From: Chrysemys picta bellii
Lineage: Eukaryota
Direction of reading: 5' to 3'
NCBI RefSeq assembly: GCF_011386835.1
Contig: NC_088801.1
Location: 74,214,001 to 74,278,000, forward strand
Length of the DNA: 64,000 nucleotides
Shown: one piece after another, positions 24,344 through 36,066 of the stretch
Layout of the letters: each line of letters begins with the position of its first letter
Numbering within the stretch: position 1 is the stretch's first letter
The notes under the pieces: model-generated
Told to the model about the DNA's origin: nothing
What the model saw: only the letters and a program-made list of their open reading frames with translations
Databases searched by the model: none
Made by a program: the position numbers and the translations under genes

Positions 24344-25284
24344 GTGTTCAGCTTCTGGTGTCCCCTATTATTTTGTGTGTAAAGGGGCCTGGTTAGTGAC
24401 AGTTTACACTACACTCATTCTCCAGCTCGGCAAAGTTAGTATAACTGACTGATGTGAACCAGTGCAGCCCTGAAGCTGCTTTACTCGCACCTGCAAAGCT
24501 ATTGTATGGGGATCCTAATTAGTAACAACGCCTGACAATGCCAAGCTGCATGTCTGTGCTTTGTAAATATCCCCTTGTGTGTCCTTTTTCCTGTTCCTCA
24601 CCCTGTGTGGCCCTTTTATACGCCATTACTGCCTAGCATTTGGGCCACACAGATCACAGCCTGTTTGTGCAGGATGGAGGATTAGGCTCACAGAGCCCAT
24701 CTGCAGAGGCCCCCAGGATGTGTGGAGAGAGGAGACGAGAGGATAAAGGGACAAAGTGCCCAAGGGAATAATGGATGGGTGTGATGGGTCTCCTCAGCAT
24801 CCATCCCGTGCTTGTCAGGAGTGAACAAGGCTCTTTGCAGCCTAATATGTGAGTATTGCACTAGCACAGACTTGGGGGAGCTTACAGTGGCTGGGAGCTG
24901 GCAGTCCGTGCTTTTCCCCCCTCCAGATTTATTCAGTGCTTGCCCCAGCAACTGCTTATGCCTCTTTTCATGCCAAGCCAGCTGCCATCCTTTGTGCCCT
25001 TGGGGGGGGGGGGGGAGGGGAGGCAGAATGCTCCACCACAACCACAACACAGCCTTCAAACCAGGGAGGGGGGTGGCTGGTGCAGGGAGGGGCAGAACAA
25101 CTTCCATCACTGGAAAGATTCCTGCACAGGAATGATTCTTTTGGGGCCTTCTGCTGCCATACGGCCACGTTGCACCATGGACATGGCCCAAAGTAGCGTT
25201 AGTGGACAGGAGAATCTGGGCCTGTGTCTTCCATTATTGCAAGCCATATTGTGCCATCTATACTCACATCAAGTAGCAGCTTAC

Positions 25285-25301
25285 CCTGTGAGCAGTCCCA
25301 T
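25285..25301 (-). CDS. Candidate first coding segment, within a 90-nt exon (25374-25285)
   Basis: Strong acceptor ttcttattcttttgcag| and donor CAGG|gtaagc. Kozak ataATGG. Encodes MGLLT(G), phase 2. An out-of-frame upstream ATG lies at 25347. Confidence 0.5.
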
Positions 25302-26206
25302 TATCTCCAATGGGATGGACAACACCAAGTGCAGAGGGGTGGGCCATGGGGCCCTATGGCACTATGATAAGCAACTGCAAAAGAATAAGAACCTCAACTG
25401 GAATCTTGGATAGAGCCAAGAGAAGAGTGGAGGCTTGATTTTCCATGGTATGTGACACATCCCATCCCAGCCCCTCCCTCAGTCAGGAAAACTCCCATGG
25501 TGTCCAATGGAAATAGGAACTGCAGATTAGGCCCCGCCCGTAATGTGTCAACAATGAAAGAAAACAGTGTATTAAGTTCCATTTACTGCTACATATGTTA
25601 TGGAGGAACCACTCCATCACCTTCTCTTTACAAGGTAATAGTCTTCAGAGTAACTTATGTCTTTTATCTGCTTTTCTGCAGCATTTAGCCAAGAATGAGT
25701 GTTTCATATATGTGCAGGTATTTCCATGTGGCCGCATGTGTTTGCTTTCCCTCCTGTTCATACTAGATTGTCATATTCTTTGGATGTTCCTTCATGGTAC
25801 CATCCTTTCACTCCAAAAATAGGGGGAATAGGTTCTGCTTGTCAGATAAAGATCTCTGGAGAAATACTCCCTTAGCAAACTCTGCCATCCTGCAGGGCTA
25901 GAGGCTGAAGGGACACATTGTCTTGCACAGAAATGTTCTGGAGGAAAGGCACACTGGGAATGGAAGGAGGATTATTTATCCCCAGCTAAGGTTGCTAAGT
26001 AACAACAACATACTGTCTTATTACCAACCCTGAGCACTCAAAAGTGAGGAGATGAATAGTTAACAACATTATAAATCTTCTTCTGACCATATAACAAACA
26101 AACACATTGCATAGGACCCAGCCCCATTGAGAGCTATGGGAATTTTGCCATCCACTTCAGTCGGCCCAGGATTTCCATCCATTCATCCTATTAAATATTA
26201 CGAAAT

Positions 26207-27208
26207 TAGAGCTGTTGATTAATCACAGTTAACGCACGTGCTTAACTCAAAAAAATTAACTGCAATTAAGAATATTAATCGTGATTAATCGCACTGTTAA
26301 ACAATAGAATACCACTTGAAATGTATTAAATATTTTTGGATGTTTTTCTACATTTTCAAATATATTGATGTCTATTACAACACCGAATACAGTGTACAGG
26401 GCTCACTTTATATTAGTTTTTATAATATTTGCACTGTAAAAATGATAAAGAAATAGTATTTTTCAAGTCACCTCATGCAAGTACTATAGTGCATGCTATT
26501 GTGAAAATGTTACTTACAAATGTAGATTTTTGTGTGTTACATAACTGCACCCAAAAACAAAACAATTTAAAACTTTAGAGCTTACATGTCCACTCAGTCC
26601 TACTTCAGCCAATCACTAAGGCAAACAAATTTGTTTACATTTACGGGAGATAATGCTGCCTGCTTCTTATTTATATGAAGGGACATATGAATCTTTAGTG
26701 CATCTGGCATGTAAATATCTTGTGATGCTGGTTACAACAGTGTCATGCGAATGCCTGTTCTCACTTTCAGGTGACGTTGTAAACAAGAAGCAGGCAGCAT
26801 TATCTCCAGCAAATGTAACCAAACTTGTTTGTCTGAGCGATTGGCTGAAGTAGGACCGACTGGACTTGTAGGTTCTAAAGTTTTACATTGTTTATTTTTG
26901 AATGCAGTTATTTTTTTGTACTTAATTCTACATTTGTAAGTTCAGCTTTCACGATAAAGAGATTGCACCACAGTACTTGTATTAGGTGAATTGAAATATA
27001 CTATTTCTTTTGTTTTTACAGTGCGAATACTTGTAATCAAAAATAAATATCAAGTGAGCACGGTAGACTTTGTATTCTGTGTTGTAATTGAAATCAATAT
27101 ATTTGAAAATGTAGAAAACATCCAAAAATATTTAAATAAATGGTATTGTCTTATTGTTTAACAGTGCGATTAATCACGATTAATTTTTTTAATCGCTTGA
27201 CAGCCCTA
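26207..27208 (+). mobile_element. Internally deleted hAT transposon retaining a transposase C-terminal dimerisation-domain relic
   Basis: TIRs TAGAGCTGTTGA / TGACAGCCCTA with subterminal TTAATCGCG-like repeats. Flanks TACGAAAT / AAAGAAAT match at 6 of 8. ORF 26653-26853 has LACKYL..VTTVSCECLFSLSGDVVNKKQAALSPANVTKLVCL, the hATC 'S..ER.FS' motif, mutated. Confidence 0.88.
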
Positions 27209-27482
27209 AAAGAAATGCATATTATAGCACAGCAACTTTAGCTCTGACCTGTGGGTTTGTGTTGTTTTTAGTGTATTATTTTTGCTAGTTGGTGTGTGAA
27301 GTCTAAATGTTTCATATGATGGGGTGTTGCCAAAGGGGGAATATTATCGGCAAATGTGTTTATCAGCTGACAATAAAATTTCTTTGGTAAGGTACTTACA
27401 ATTATTATTGGAAAAAAATACATATTTTTATTATTACCACAACCTGCACTAGCACCTCCTCCTCCTCCAGGAGTATTGTCAA

Positions 27483-28254
27483 TAGGGCTCTACCAAATTC
27501 AGTCCATTTGGGCCAATTTCACAGTCATAGGATTTTAAAAATCCTCAATTTCATGATTTTAGCTATTTAAATCTGAAATGTCACGGTGTTGTAATTGTAG
27601 GGGTCCGGACCCAAAATGGAATTGTGGGGTGGTCACAAGGTTATTGTAGGGGGGTTGCGGTATTGTTACCCTTACTTCTGCGCTGCTACTGGTAGCTGCA
27701 CTGCCTTCAGAGCTGGAAACCTGGAGGGCAGTGGCTGCTGGCCGGGAGCCCCGCTCTGAGGGCAGAGCCACCACTAGCAATAGCAGAGAAGTAAGGCTGG
27801 CATGGCATGGTATTGCCACCCTTACTTCTGCACTGCTGGCTTCAAAGCTGGGCCCTCAGTCAGCAGCTGCCGCTCTCCAGCTGCCCAGGTCTGAAAACAG
27901 CAGTGCAGAAGTAAGGGTGGTACGGTATTGCCATGCATACTTCTGTGCTGCTGCTGGCAGGGTGCTGCCTTCAGAGCTGGGTGTCCGGCCAACAGCCACC
28001 GCTCTCCGGCCGCCCAGCTCTGAAGGCAGCGCAGAAGTAAGGGTGACAATACCGTGACCCCCCTAAAGTAACTGTGCAAATCCCCTGCAACTCCCTTTTG
28101 GATCAGGCCCCCCAATTTGAGAAACGCTGGTCTCCCCCGTGAAATCTGTATAGCATAGGATAAAAGCACACAAAAGACCAGATTTCACAGGGGGAAAACC
28201 AGATTTCACGGTCCATGACACATTTTTCATGGCCGTGAATTTGGCAGGGCTCTA
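27483..28254. mobile_element. hAT-like MITE with GC-rich internal repeats
   Basis: TIRs TAGGGCTCTACCAAATTCA / TGAATTTGGCAGGGCTCTA. Internal inverted and direct copies of cttacttctg / cagaagtaag units. TSD degenerate. Confidence 0.8.
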
Positions 28255-31200
28255 ATCATCATGTATATTATATTTTCTACTTGCTGCTATTCATATACAC
28301 TATTTTTACTCTATAAAGAGAAGTGAAACGGATGCCTGCTCCATTGATTTCCATGGGGCTACATGCTGTAAAGACAATGGGCCAGATTCATTGCTGGTGT
28401 TACTCCACTGAAGTCCATGGTGTTGCACCAGAGATTTATGTGGCCCAATAGGAGGGCCTATTACATATGATCTAATAGGCTGTACCACAGAAGGCAGAGG
28501 ATTGGCCAGGTAGGGATTCTGACCCCACCCCACATTGCTGCTATTTGACATTATACAAAACCTTGGGTATATTTTTAATTTAAAAAACCAGATGTAAGCG
28601 GAGGGCTGGGGTTGTGTGTCTATGGGTGGTTTCCAGGTTGGCTTACCTCTGGGGTTTATATTAAATTCCATAGACAACGCCTTGCTTTGAGCGGGATTAA
28701 GACTTGGGTAAGACACTTACCCAATCATAGATCTTTAAAAGCAAGGAAATGCCAAACTATGAGGCTCCTCATAATCATACCCCAAAGCCCATGCGGTGCC
28801 ATTCTGCCTGACAAAAATCAAAATCTTCACAGAGAACTTCCTTCTGCCTCCAACTGATAAGGAACCTCACAAGGAACATCATATTAATCTCTTACAGCAT
28901 CACGAGTACAAAACTTAAATGACCACCTCAGCAGATATCCTGTGTTGACACACGGACACAGGTTAAGAGTGCAGTGTGAACGCAGGGAAGAGGATATCAT
29001 TCATTATTTAGTTTGAATAATAAGAAACCAGTCAATTGTTAGCAAAAGGAGCAAAAAAAAAAAAAAAAAAGAGAGACACGGGGGCCCCGTTTTTAATTAT
29101 ATGTTACTTCCGTGAAGTAACAAATGTAGTTAAAAAAATCCACAGAAAATTCAAACTGACCTGTACATTTGGGGAAGTCATACTGCTTGATTTCATGCCA
29201 AGCAGATGGGTGAATCCCTGCTTTAAAGTGAAAAACTTAACACATCCTTATTACAGCAGCACCAACTGCCTCAATAAATGTGGATGCATGTATCACAGTC
29301 TCCGATGATACCCGTCCACTGAAGAAACCTGAAGGCACAACTGGAAGCCCCCTCTTTATAGAATGGGGATACTTAATTAGGTAGCCGTTATTCCCTGGGA
29401 CAGAAAGACCCAGCTAAAACCCATGGTGGAGTACTAGACTCCCCTGCTGGAGTGGAAATACACAGGGACAACACCCCTTATACTAAACACTGAATCAAGT
29501 TTTGTAAATCATTTTACTGGAAGAGCAACAAAGGGAGGAAGTAGTTTCCTCAGACTTGCCATAGCTTGTTGGAATTGAGTTACATTCGCACAAGCCTGAT
29601 GTAACATTTTACTCTGGTGGCCTGTGCATTCTGGGGCCAGGGATTCGAGAGCCACAGTGGGAATTTCCTAGAATGAATTTTCCAGGGGTTGTTAACAATG
29701 CCATTGAGTCAGTGACCTTAATACTTGTTAGGCCCCAGCATTTCCCTGGGAAAAGACGACGTGACCAGACTGTGACCATAGAGCAGGGCAGCTGTTCGAT
29801 GAGGCCTCTGAGGTGTTAAGATCAGGCACCCACGTTAACCATTAGTCCTTAGCTAACCCTGTGCTATAAAATGAAGAGAAAGGGTCACCAAGCCCATGGA
29901 CTGCTGGAGGAAATCATATGCCAAGAATTTCAGTAGCCACTGTGAAGTGACTGTGTACTTTCCAGTGGCTCTTATTTAAAAACCTCATTGGTCTTGCATG
30001 TGCCATCCCTTCTTTCCAGCTTTAAGCACAGCCTGCCATATGCTTTGATTTTTACTGCTTTCCAGTGGTGTGGCCTGAATGAGGAAATACAGTTTTGAAT
30101 GTGCCTTTAACAACTTTGGGATGGTAGCAGTTTAGCAAAGAAAACATTCTGCAGCTGTGCTCGTTTGGAAGAAATAAGTTCAGCTCTTTTTTGAACTGGC
30201 CTTCACCTCCAGGATCTACCTTCTGGATCTGTTCCAGACTAGAACAATCTAAGGATCACGATGATGCTCCCAGACTTTTCACTTGTACTGGAACCACTTC
30301 AAAAGAGTCCAGCAGGGTCACTGGAAACAAGAAGGGACACAGGTGCCTTTGGGGGAAAGGAAGTACAGATAATCTCTTCCTTTCCTAACACACTTGCACG
30401 GAATAGGGCAGCATATGGACTTAATATTCCTTACAGTGCTAGGTGAAGGGGCAGGTAGGCTGACTAGCATATCCAAGGACTGTTTGGAGGCATGGTCATC
30501 TAGCTTAACGGTGTCCTAGGCTCCACTATGCCCATGCTGCTGTCAGCTGCAGTTACTAGGGGCAAAGATGCTGAAGATTTGTCCCCTTCCCATGAATCCA
30601 TCTGATCCCAGCAGGAGGAATGGCTCATGGACACTTTATATGGATAAAATTACAGCTGCATTTACATTTTTAAAGCAGTTCCTCCTCCATTATTCTATCT
30701 AGACCCAATTTCAGGGTTTTGTGTTCCAGTTGCAACCACTATGGACATGCATCACAAGCCCATAAAATGGAACAGAGGGTACACAGCTTCTGTTACCAAA
30801 AATTGTGTGTGTATGGCGGGGGGAGGCAAGGAGGAGGAGGAGTGAGGGAAAGTGGGGGTGTGAAAACCACCACAGATTGGCCTAACTGAAATTCATTACA
30901 ACATGCAGAATAAAGCTGTAGTCTAATGTCTCATTGTTACTTTCACAACATGATGAGATGAATAATTTTTCTTCATATTTGTGAGATACCAAATGTTTGG
31001 CCATGGATGGATTTCAGGAGCCTATAGTGGCTGGGATGCAAATTCCAAATCCAGATGCTATGGGCAAAAGGCAACAGAAAATGGAAAGAAAGGTGGATGA
31101 GTCAGCGTGGAGATCAGGGTGGCAGAAGGAAGTCACCATAAGAGTGAAGGAAATTTGAGAATCTACCTCTGAAAGCAACTGGGGTAGCAGCCATTTTAAG

Positions 31201-32074
31201 TCTTCCCCATTGTAATTTATTTTCAGACTCAACCTTGCCTGACTAGAAAGGTGCCAGGCTTATATCTGACAAGAAAGTTCATCTCTGCTGTACTGTCAAC
31301 CATGTTTTGAGTAAATACAGAGCTCCGTTACAAAGATGAGGAACGTATATTTTCAGCAGAGTTCTTGGCAGATTCCTGAGGCAGCTGGTTTAAGGCCGTC
31401 TGTGTCAGCCCTGATAATCTTCACTTATAAACAGTTCTCTCACCCACACAGGTGGAAAATGAGGCATTTGTTCTCTGTTTTGCTGCTCCAGTTCCAGTTA
31501 ACAAAATGCAGGTTAGTTTGGCTGCAAAGAAGAATTCTATGTTTACACTGGGGACACCACAGATTCCTGTCAGCAGAACTGGGCTGACATCAGAATCCAA
31601 ACAGCCTCTGGTCAGTGCAAGCAGAGGCATTCCTGTAATGATTTGGATTTGATGTGATGCAGTATAATGTCATGGATAATTCAGACCAAGGGGGAGAAAG
31701 AGAATAAAAACCACTGTTTTATTTAAACACCTTCCCTCCCCCCCACACCTTGTTTCCCCCCTCTTTAGGATTCCCGACCAATGTAAACAGCACAATACAT
31801 ATGCTAACAATAACACAATATTTTGCACATTTCCAGCCTCTTTTACCAACCTCTCAAGGGGTTTACAAACATTCATTAACTTTCCCACACAGGAACTATC
31901 ACTATACCAGCTGAATGCCTTCCGAGGCACAAAGGTCTAAGGCAAGAAATTATATCTTGAGCATCTAACTTTAGGCATCTGAGATTGTAAGTTTGGGCTG
32001 AAATATCTTGGCCAAGGTCATGCAGGAAAACCGTGGCAGAGTTAAGAATGGACCCCAGGAGTCCTGGTTGTCAC

Positions 32075-32900
32075 GGCTGCTCAGAGCACTTGGACTGTGG
32101 GACCGCATCTCCTTACTAAGGGGCAGGTTGAGGTATCCTTACACAAGGGTTTGATAATCTGGCCCGAGCACAGCAACCCAAGCCCCAGAATACAAGCTTT
32201 TTCATGGGTCTGTTCTTCCAAGGAATGCAGCCTGTACGATATAAACATAGCTGCCTGTTTCTTTTCTTTAGAGCCCCTTCCTCAAGTCTTGTATTACAGT
32301 TTGGAAGTGCTAAGGATAGAGGGTGATAGGGCTATTTCTGAGATAGTCGAAGATGTTTCTGCTTGCCCTTTTGTTCTGCAAATGTACATACCATCAATGG
32401 GACTTCCTCTGATGCATAGGGGCAGCAGTTTGCTTAATAAAGAGTGCTGTTCAGTCTCACACTCAGGTAGTTTAGGAGGTGACAGAGAAGTCTGTAAACG
32501 TCTTCCCAGAGGTTTAAGCAGCCAGCAGCAAGAAATATGATGTGTTGAAGAGACACCTGTGGCTAGCTTTCCTGTGCATGCAGTAGTATTTCCAAGGAGA
32601 TGACAATCACATTACCTTAGACAACATTTCCCCCCCATTTGCACCACACTACCGCGCCACATGTTAGTTCCTGTGGCAATCTCCAAAGCCGATTCCTCCG
32701 TGCAAATCCCGGAATCCCACCTGGAGAAGTGCTAAGGAAGTTTACAGATGAGCTGCTTGTTGGTACTTTCCCACCTGTCTGGGGCCCAAAAACTCATATT
32801 TTAAGGGTCCTCTCTCCTGTAACAGAATGTGTAATGCACACAAGCTCTGGGAAATCTATCGGAGAAGAGATACGCCTGGGACTCTATGGGAGCTGTCATG
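32075..32900 (-). mobile_element. Highly degraded RTE-clade LINE remnant with internal deletions
   Basis: Minus-strand pieces across frames: SPGGIPG...VWCKWGEML (cf. APG.DGIP...CW..GEVP), TSGKTFT..LL (cf. IAGKVFAR.LL), DGMYIC.RTKG (cf. DGVY...R.DG), and a C-terminal NRQL..RTGC..EEQ...TCP. Based on recalled motifs only. Confidence 0.5.
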
Positions 32901-34446
32901 AGCTCTACAACAATGTCTCACAAGTCTATACACAAGTATGACTCAGTTTGAGGACACTGAGGTGTAATGGCTCAGGCGTAGCAGCAGGTGTCAAGGAGTC
33001 TAGTCTGGGTCTAACCTGACCTTGGGCAAATCACTTAACCTCTTTGTGCATCTCCCTGCCTGTGAGTTGGGTTGGATGTCTCCATCGAAAAACCCTAGCT
33101 GGACAGAGAAAGAGGTTAGTTCTTACTGGAGGGCGAAGGGTTGAATGAGAGGAAGTCAGCCACAAAGATGGGAGAACAGTTTGGCATTGTGTGAGATCTG
33201 CAGCTAGCCACGGCCAGTCTCTGGAGCTGTTTGCTGGCAGGGTGCAGGCTGGGGTTCATCTGATGGCCAAGCATTACCACTGATTGGCCTGAGCCCCTGT
33301 ATCACAGCAGATGTCAGCAGCACTGTTAGGTGAGAGCCATTTTCATGAAAATTTTCATTTTGATTAAATCCCATTGATGACAAAGCTTTTCATGGAAAAC
33401 TTTGACCGACCCTAATTGTTAATATCCTATCATTAGAGTGCAGCAGTGTGAACAATTCCACTGTGGGGTCCCCGCTGTGCCCTACAAACGTATTAAACTG
33501 TAAGCCTGATCGTCAATTAGAGGCGTAGAAATATGCTGCTCTTTATTGGTGGAAGTCACTGCTGGGGTTTCCAGGCATCCGTCTAATTTTTAGACCAGCC
33601 TCTTTTCAGCATGAATCACAGCATCACCAATCTAGCCCTTAATCTTGCGTTGTATTTGCCATTTTTATTGTCCTGCTACTTTGCCTTCTGAAGTCAAGGA
33701 GCAAGCAACGTCCAAGCTTTTGGAGCATAGACTTGCAAACGGATGACGTGCTGATAAGTTCAATTCCTGAGCATCCCTGGAGAATCCGTTTATGAAAAGA
33801 GAGAAACCCCTTAAAAAAGAAACCTAGCAGAACATCTGGAAATCCACTAATGGCCTCTGAATTTACAGTGGCAGCAGAATAGAACCTGTTCTTCTGTAAA
33901 GAAGGACCCTCGTTTGCTGTTCAGAACTCAAGGACACGACGCTGTCATGAACGTTTTACATGCCTCCCAGCAATGCACTAGAACTCCATCAATATAAACA
34001 TGAGAAAGATTTTCCATTTCCAGGGCCAAATCTTGAAAGCCACTGCTCACGCCACACACTCCTAGGGCAAAACATTTGTCCCAATGAATACGTGTCCCCA
34101 CCACGGTGATGCAAGTAAAGAGAATGGGATGAAGGCTTCCTTGAACCTTCTCTAACCTCTTGTGCGCCTGCACACTTAAAAGCTCTGCTGTCTAAAGCCT
34201 TGATTCAGGAAAGCACTTAAGTATGTGCTTAAATTCCATTCACTACAACAGGAGTTAGGCATGTACTTATGTGTTTCTTGGATTGGGAAATAGCTCCAGC
34301 AGAGTTCTTGACACCAATCAGTTCTTCTGAATAAATACTCTGGTTCCACCATTTTGCTTCTCATTGAGCTTCACTGGATGGTTGGATCAGCCCCTTCATG
34401 AAATATATTAAAATTCCCTCATGCTCAATTGAAATTCTGCATCTAA

Positions 34447-34752
34447 GGGCTGGTCTACAGTGGGGGGGAAGGGGGAGAGAAAATCGATGCAAGATATGCA
34501 ACTTCAGCTACGAGAATAATGTAGCTGAAGTCGACATATCTTAGATTGATTTAACTTGGGTCCTCACAGCGTGGGATCAACGGCTGTGGCTCCCCCGTTG
34601 ACTCCGCTTTCACCTCTCGCTCTGGTGAAGTTCCAGAGTCGACGGGGAGCGTGTTCGGGGATCAATTTATCACGTCTAAACAAGACGCGATAAATCGATC
34701 CCCAATAGATCGATTACTACCCACCGATCCAGCAGGTAATGAAAACGTACCT
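34447..34752. mobile_element. Harbinger/PIF-like MITE (older copy)
   Basis: GGGCTGGTCTACA start. TAA on both flanks. Colinear with 63146-63432. Confidence 0.7.
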
Positions 34753-35224
34753 TAAATAATAGTGCTGTTGTGTATGGCTTTGTAAAATCTTGTGTTCTCA
34801 AACACAGAAAAATGTGAAACACCACAGAGATTTTTGATCAAATTCTCTGCTGGTATAAACTGGAGCAGCTCCCCTGATGTCAGTAGAGAATTTAGCCAGT
34901 TGACTTTAATAATTTCACATCGTAGCCATAAAATAAAATAGTAAAATTGGCCAAAAAAACCCCAACTCTTTATCTATCCACACAGCATAAAAGAGAATGA
35001 TTAACAGTCATTGCACAGGAAATGTATTACGTTTGTAAATTATCTTAAAATAAATTCCAAATAAATTCTTAAAAGTATTAAAAAGTGAAACAAATGAAGG
35101 AGATCAGCAGTACTTGAACCTAAAAATCTGTACTTCCTGCTTTCTCAGAGCCTCAACTTTGCCTGACTCACTAGAAAATTGGAAATATGTACTGCATGTC
35201 TTCCGTTAAACAAGTATTAAGGAA

Positions 35225-35395
35225 CACAGGGTTGGAAGGAAATTTCTGGGTTATCAAGTCCAGTTTCCTGCTACCACAGACAACACCGTCATATAATTGA
35301 AATAATAAACTTATCAGGCTCCATTTTAAAACCAGTTAGGTTGTTTGCCCCCACTGCTACTATTGAAAGGCTGGTTGGGAACTTCGCTCCTCTGG
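35225..35395 (-). mobile_element. CR1 3' end fragment (older family)
   Basis: gggttggaagg...atcaagtccagt..cctgc..ttatcaggctccattttaaaacc..ggctggtt is the reverse complement of a CR1-like 3' end. Confidence 0.55.
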
Positions 35396-35479
35396 AGTGG
35401 AGAAGCTACACTGAATATAGCTGGTAAAAATTCAATAGTCAGACCCTTAAAGATATAGAATTTTCAAAAGCACTTAATA

Positions 35480-35812
35480 CAGTGTCTCTCGAACTGGGGT
35501 CCCCGCTTGTGTTGGGAAAGCCCCTGGCGGGCCAGGCCAGTTTGTTTACCTGCCCCGTCCGCAGGTCCGGCCGATCGCGGCTCCCACTGGCCGCAGTTTG
35601 CTGCTCCGGGCCAATGGGAGCTGCTGGAAGCGGTGCAGGCCAAGGGACGTACTGGCCGCTGCTTCCAGCAGCTCCCATTGGCCCAGAGCAGCAAACCATG
35701 GCCAGTGGGAGCCGCAATCGGCCGGACCTGCGGACGGGGCAGGTAAACAAACCGGCCCGGCCCGCCAGGGGCTTTCCCTACACAAGCGGCGACCCTAGTT
35801 TGAGGAACATTG
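35480..35812. mobile_element. Palindromic hAT MITE (333 bp)
   Basis: The whole element is an imperfect palindrome with CAGTG / CATTG termini. Perfect 8-bp TSD ACTTAATA (35472-35479, 35813-35820). Confidence 0.93.
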
Positions 35813-35854
35813 ACTTAATACAATAAGACAAGCTTAAATGACTGCAGACGTTTT

Positions 35855-36066
35855 AACTCGACTCTCTTCCTTCCTTGAATGGGCCCTTACAATATGTGCT
35901 AATTACTTGTGCTAAACAATCTGTTCCACCTTGAACTTGTGTTTCGCTGTGGTGCTGGAAGTACTTTCCCAGACCTGAAGAAGAGCGCTGTGTGACTCGA
36001 AAGCTTGTCTCTCTCACCAACAGAAACTGGTCCTATAAAAGATATTACCTCGCCCACCTTGACTCT
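35855..36066 (+). mobile_element. Penelope-like 3' end, second family
   Basis: cttgaatgggcccttacaatatgtgct...ttcccagacctgaagaagag...gatattacctcgcccaccttg. Same terminus as 16029 and 17357. Confidence 0.75.
35971..36010 (+). ncRNA. Minimal hammerhead-ribozyme-like motif, second family
   Basis: AGAC-CTGAAGA-A-GAG..CTC-GAAA-GCT-T-GTCT. Same topology as family 1 with different stem I and II sequences. Confidence 0.6.

Noticed and set aside
31336-31652. Signal-peptide-like MRHLFSVLLLQFQLTKC in an AG/GT-bounded 60-nt plus-strand segment
   Set aside because: No compatible downstream exon found, and the three frames give equally unrecognisable peptides.
32790-32880. Minus-strand peptide AYLFSDRFP resembling hepadnavirus core LPSDFFP (endogenous virus)
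   Set aside because: It is a single short match. No downstream core or polymerase motifs follow in order, and RTE-like motifs explain the region better.
35439-35826. Mirror-image ORFs on both strands
   Set aside because: Artefact of a palindromic hAT MITE with a perfect 8-bp TSD.
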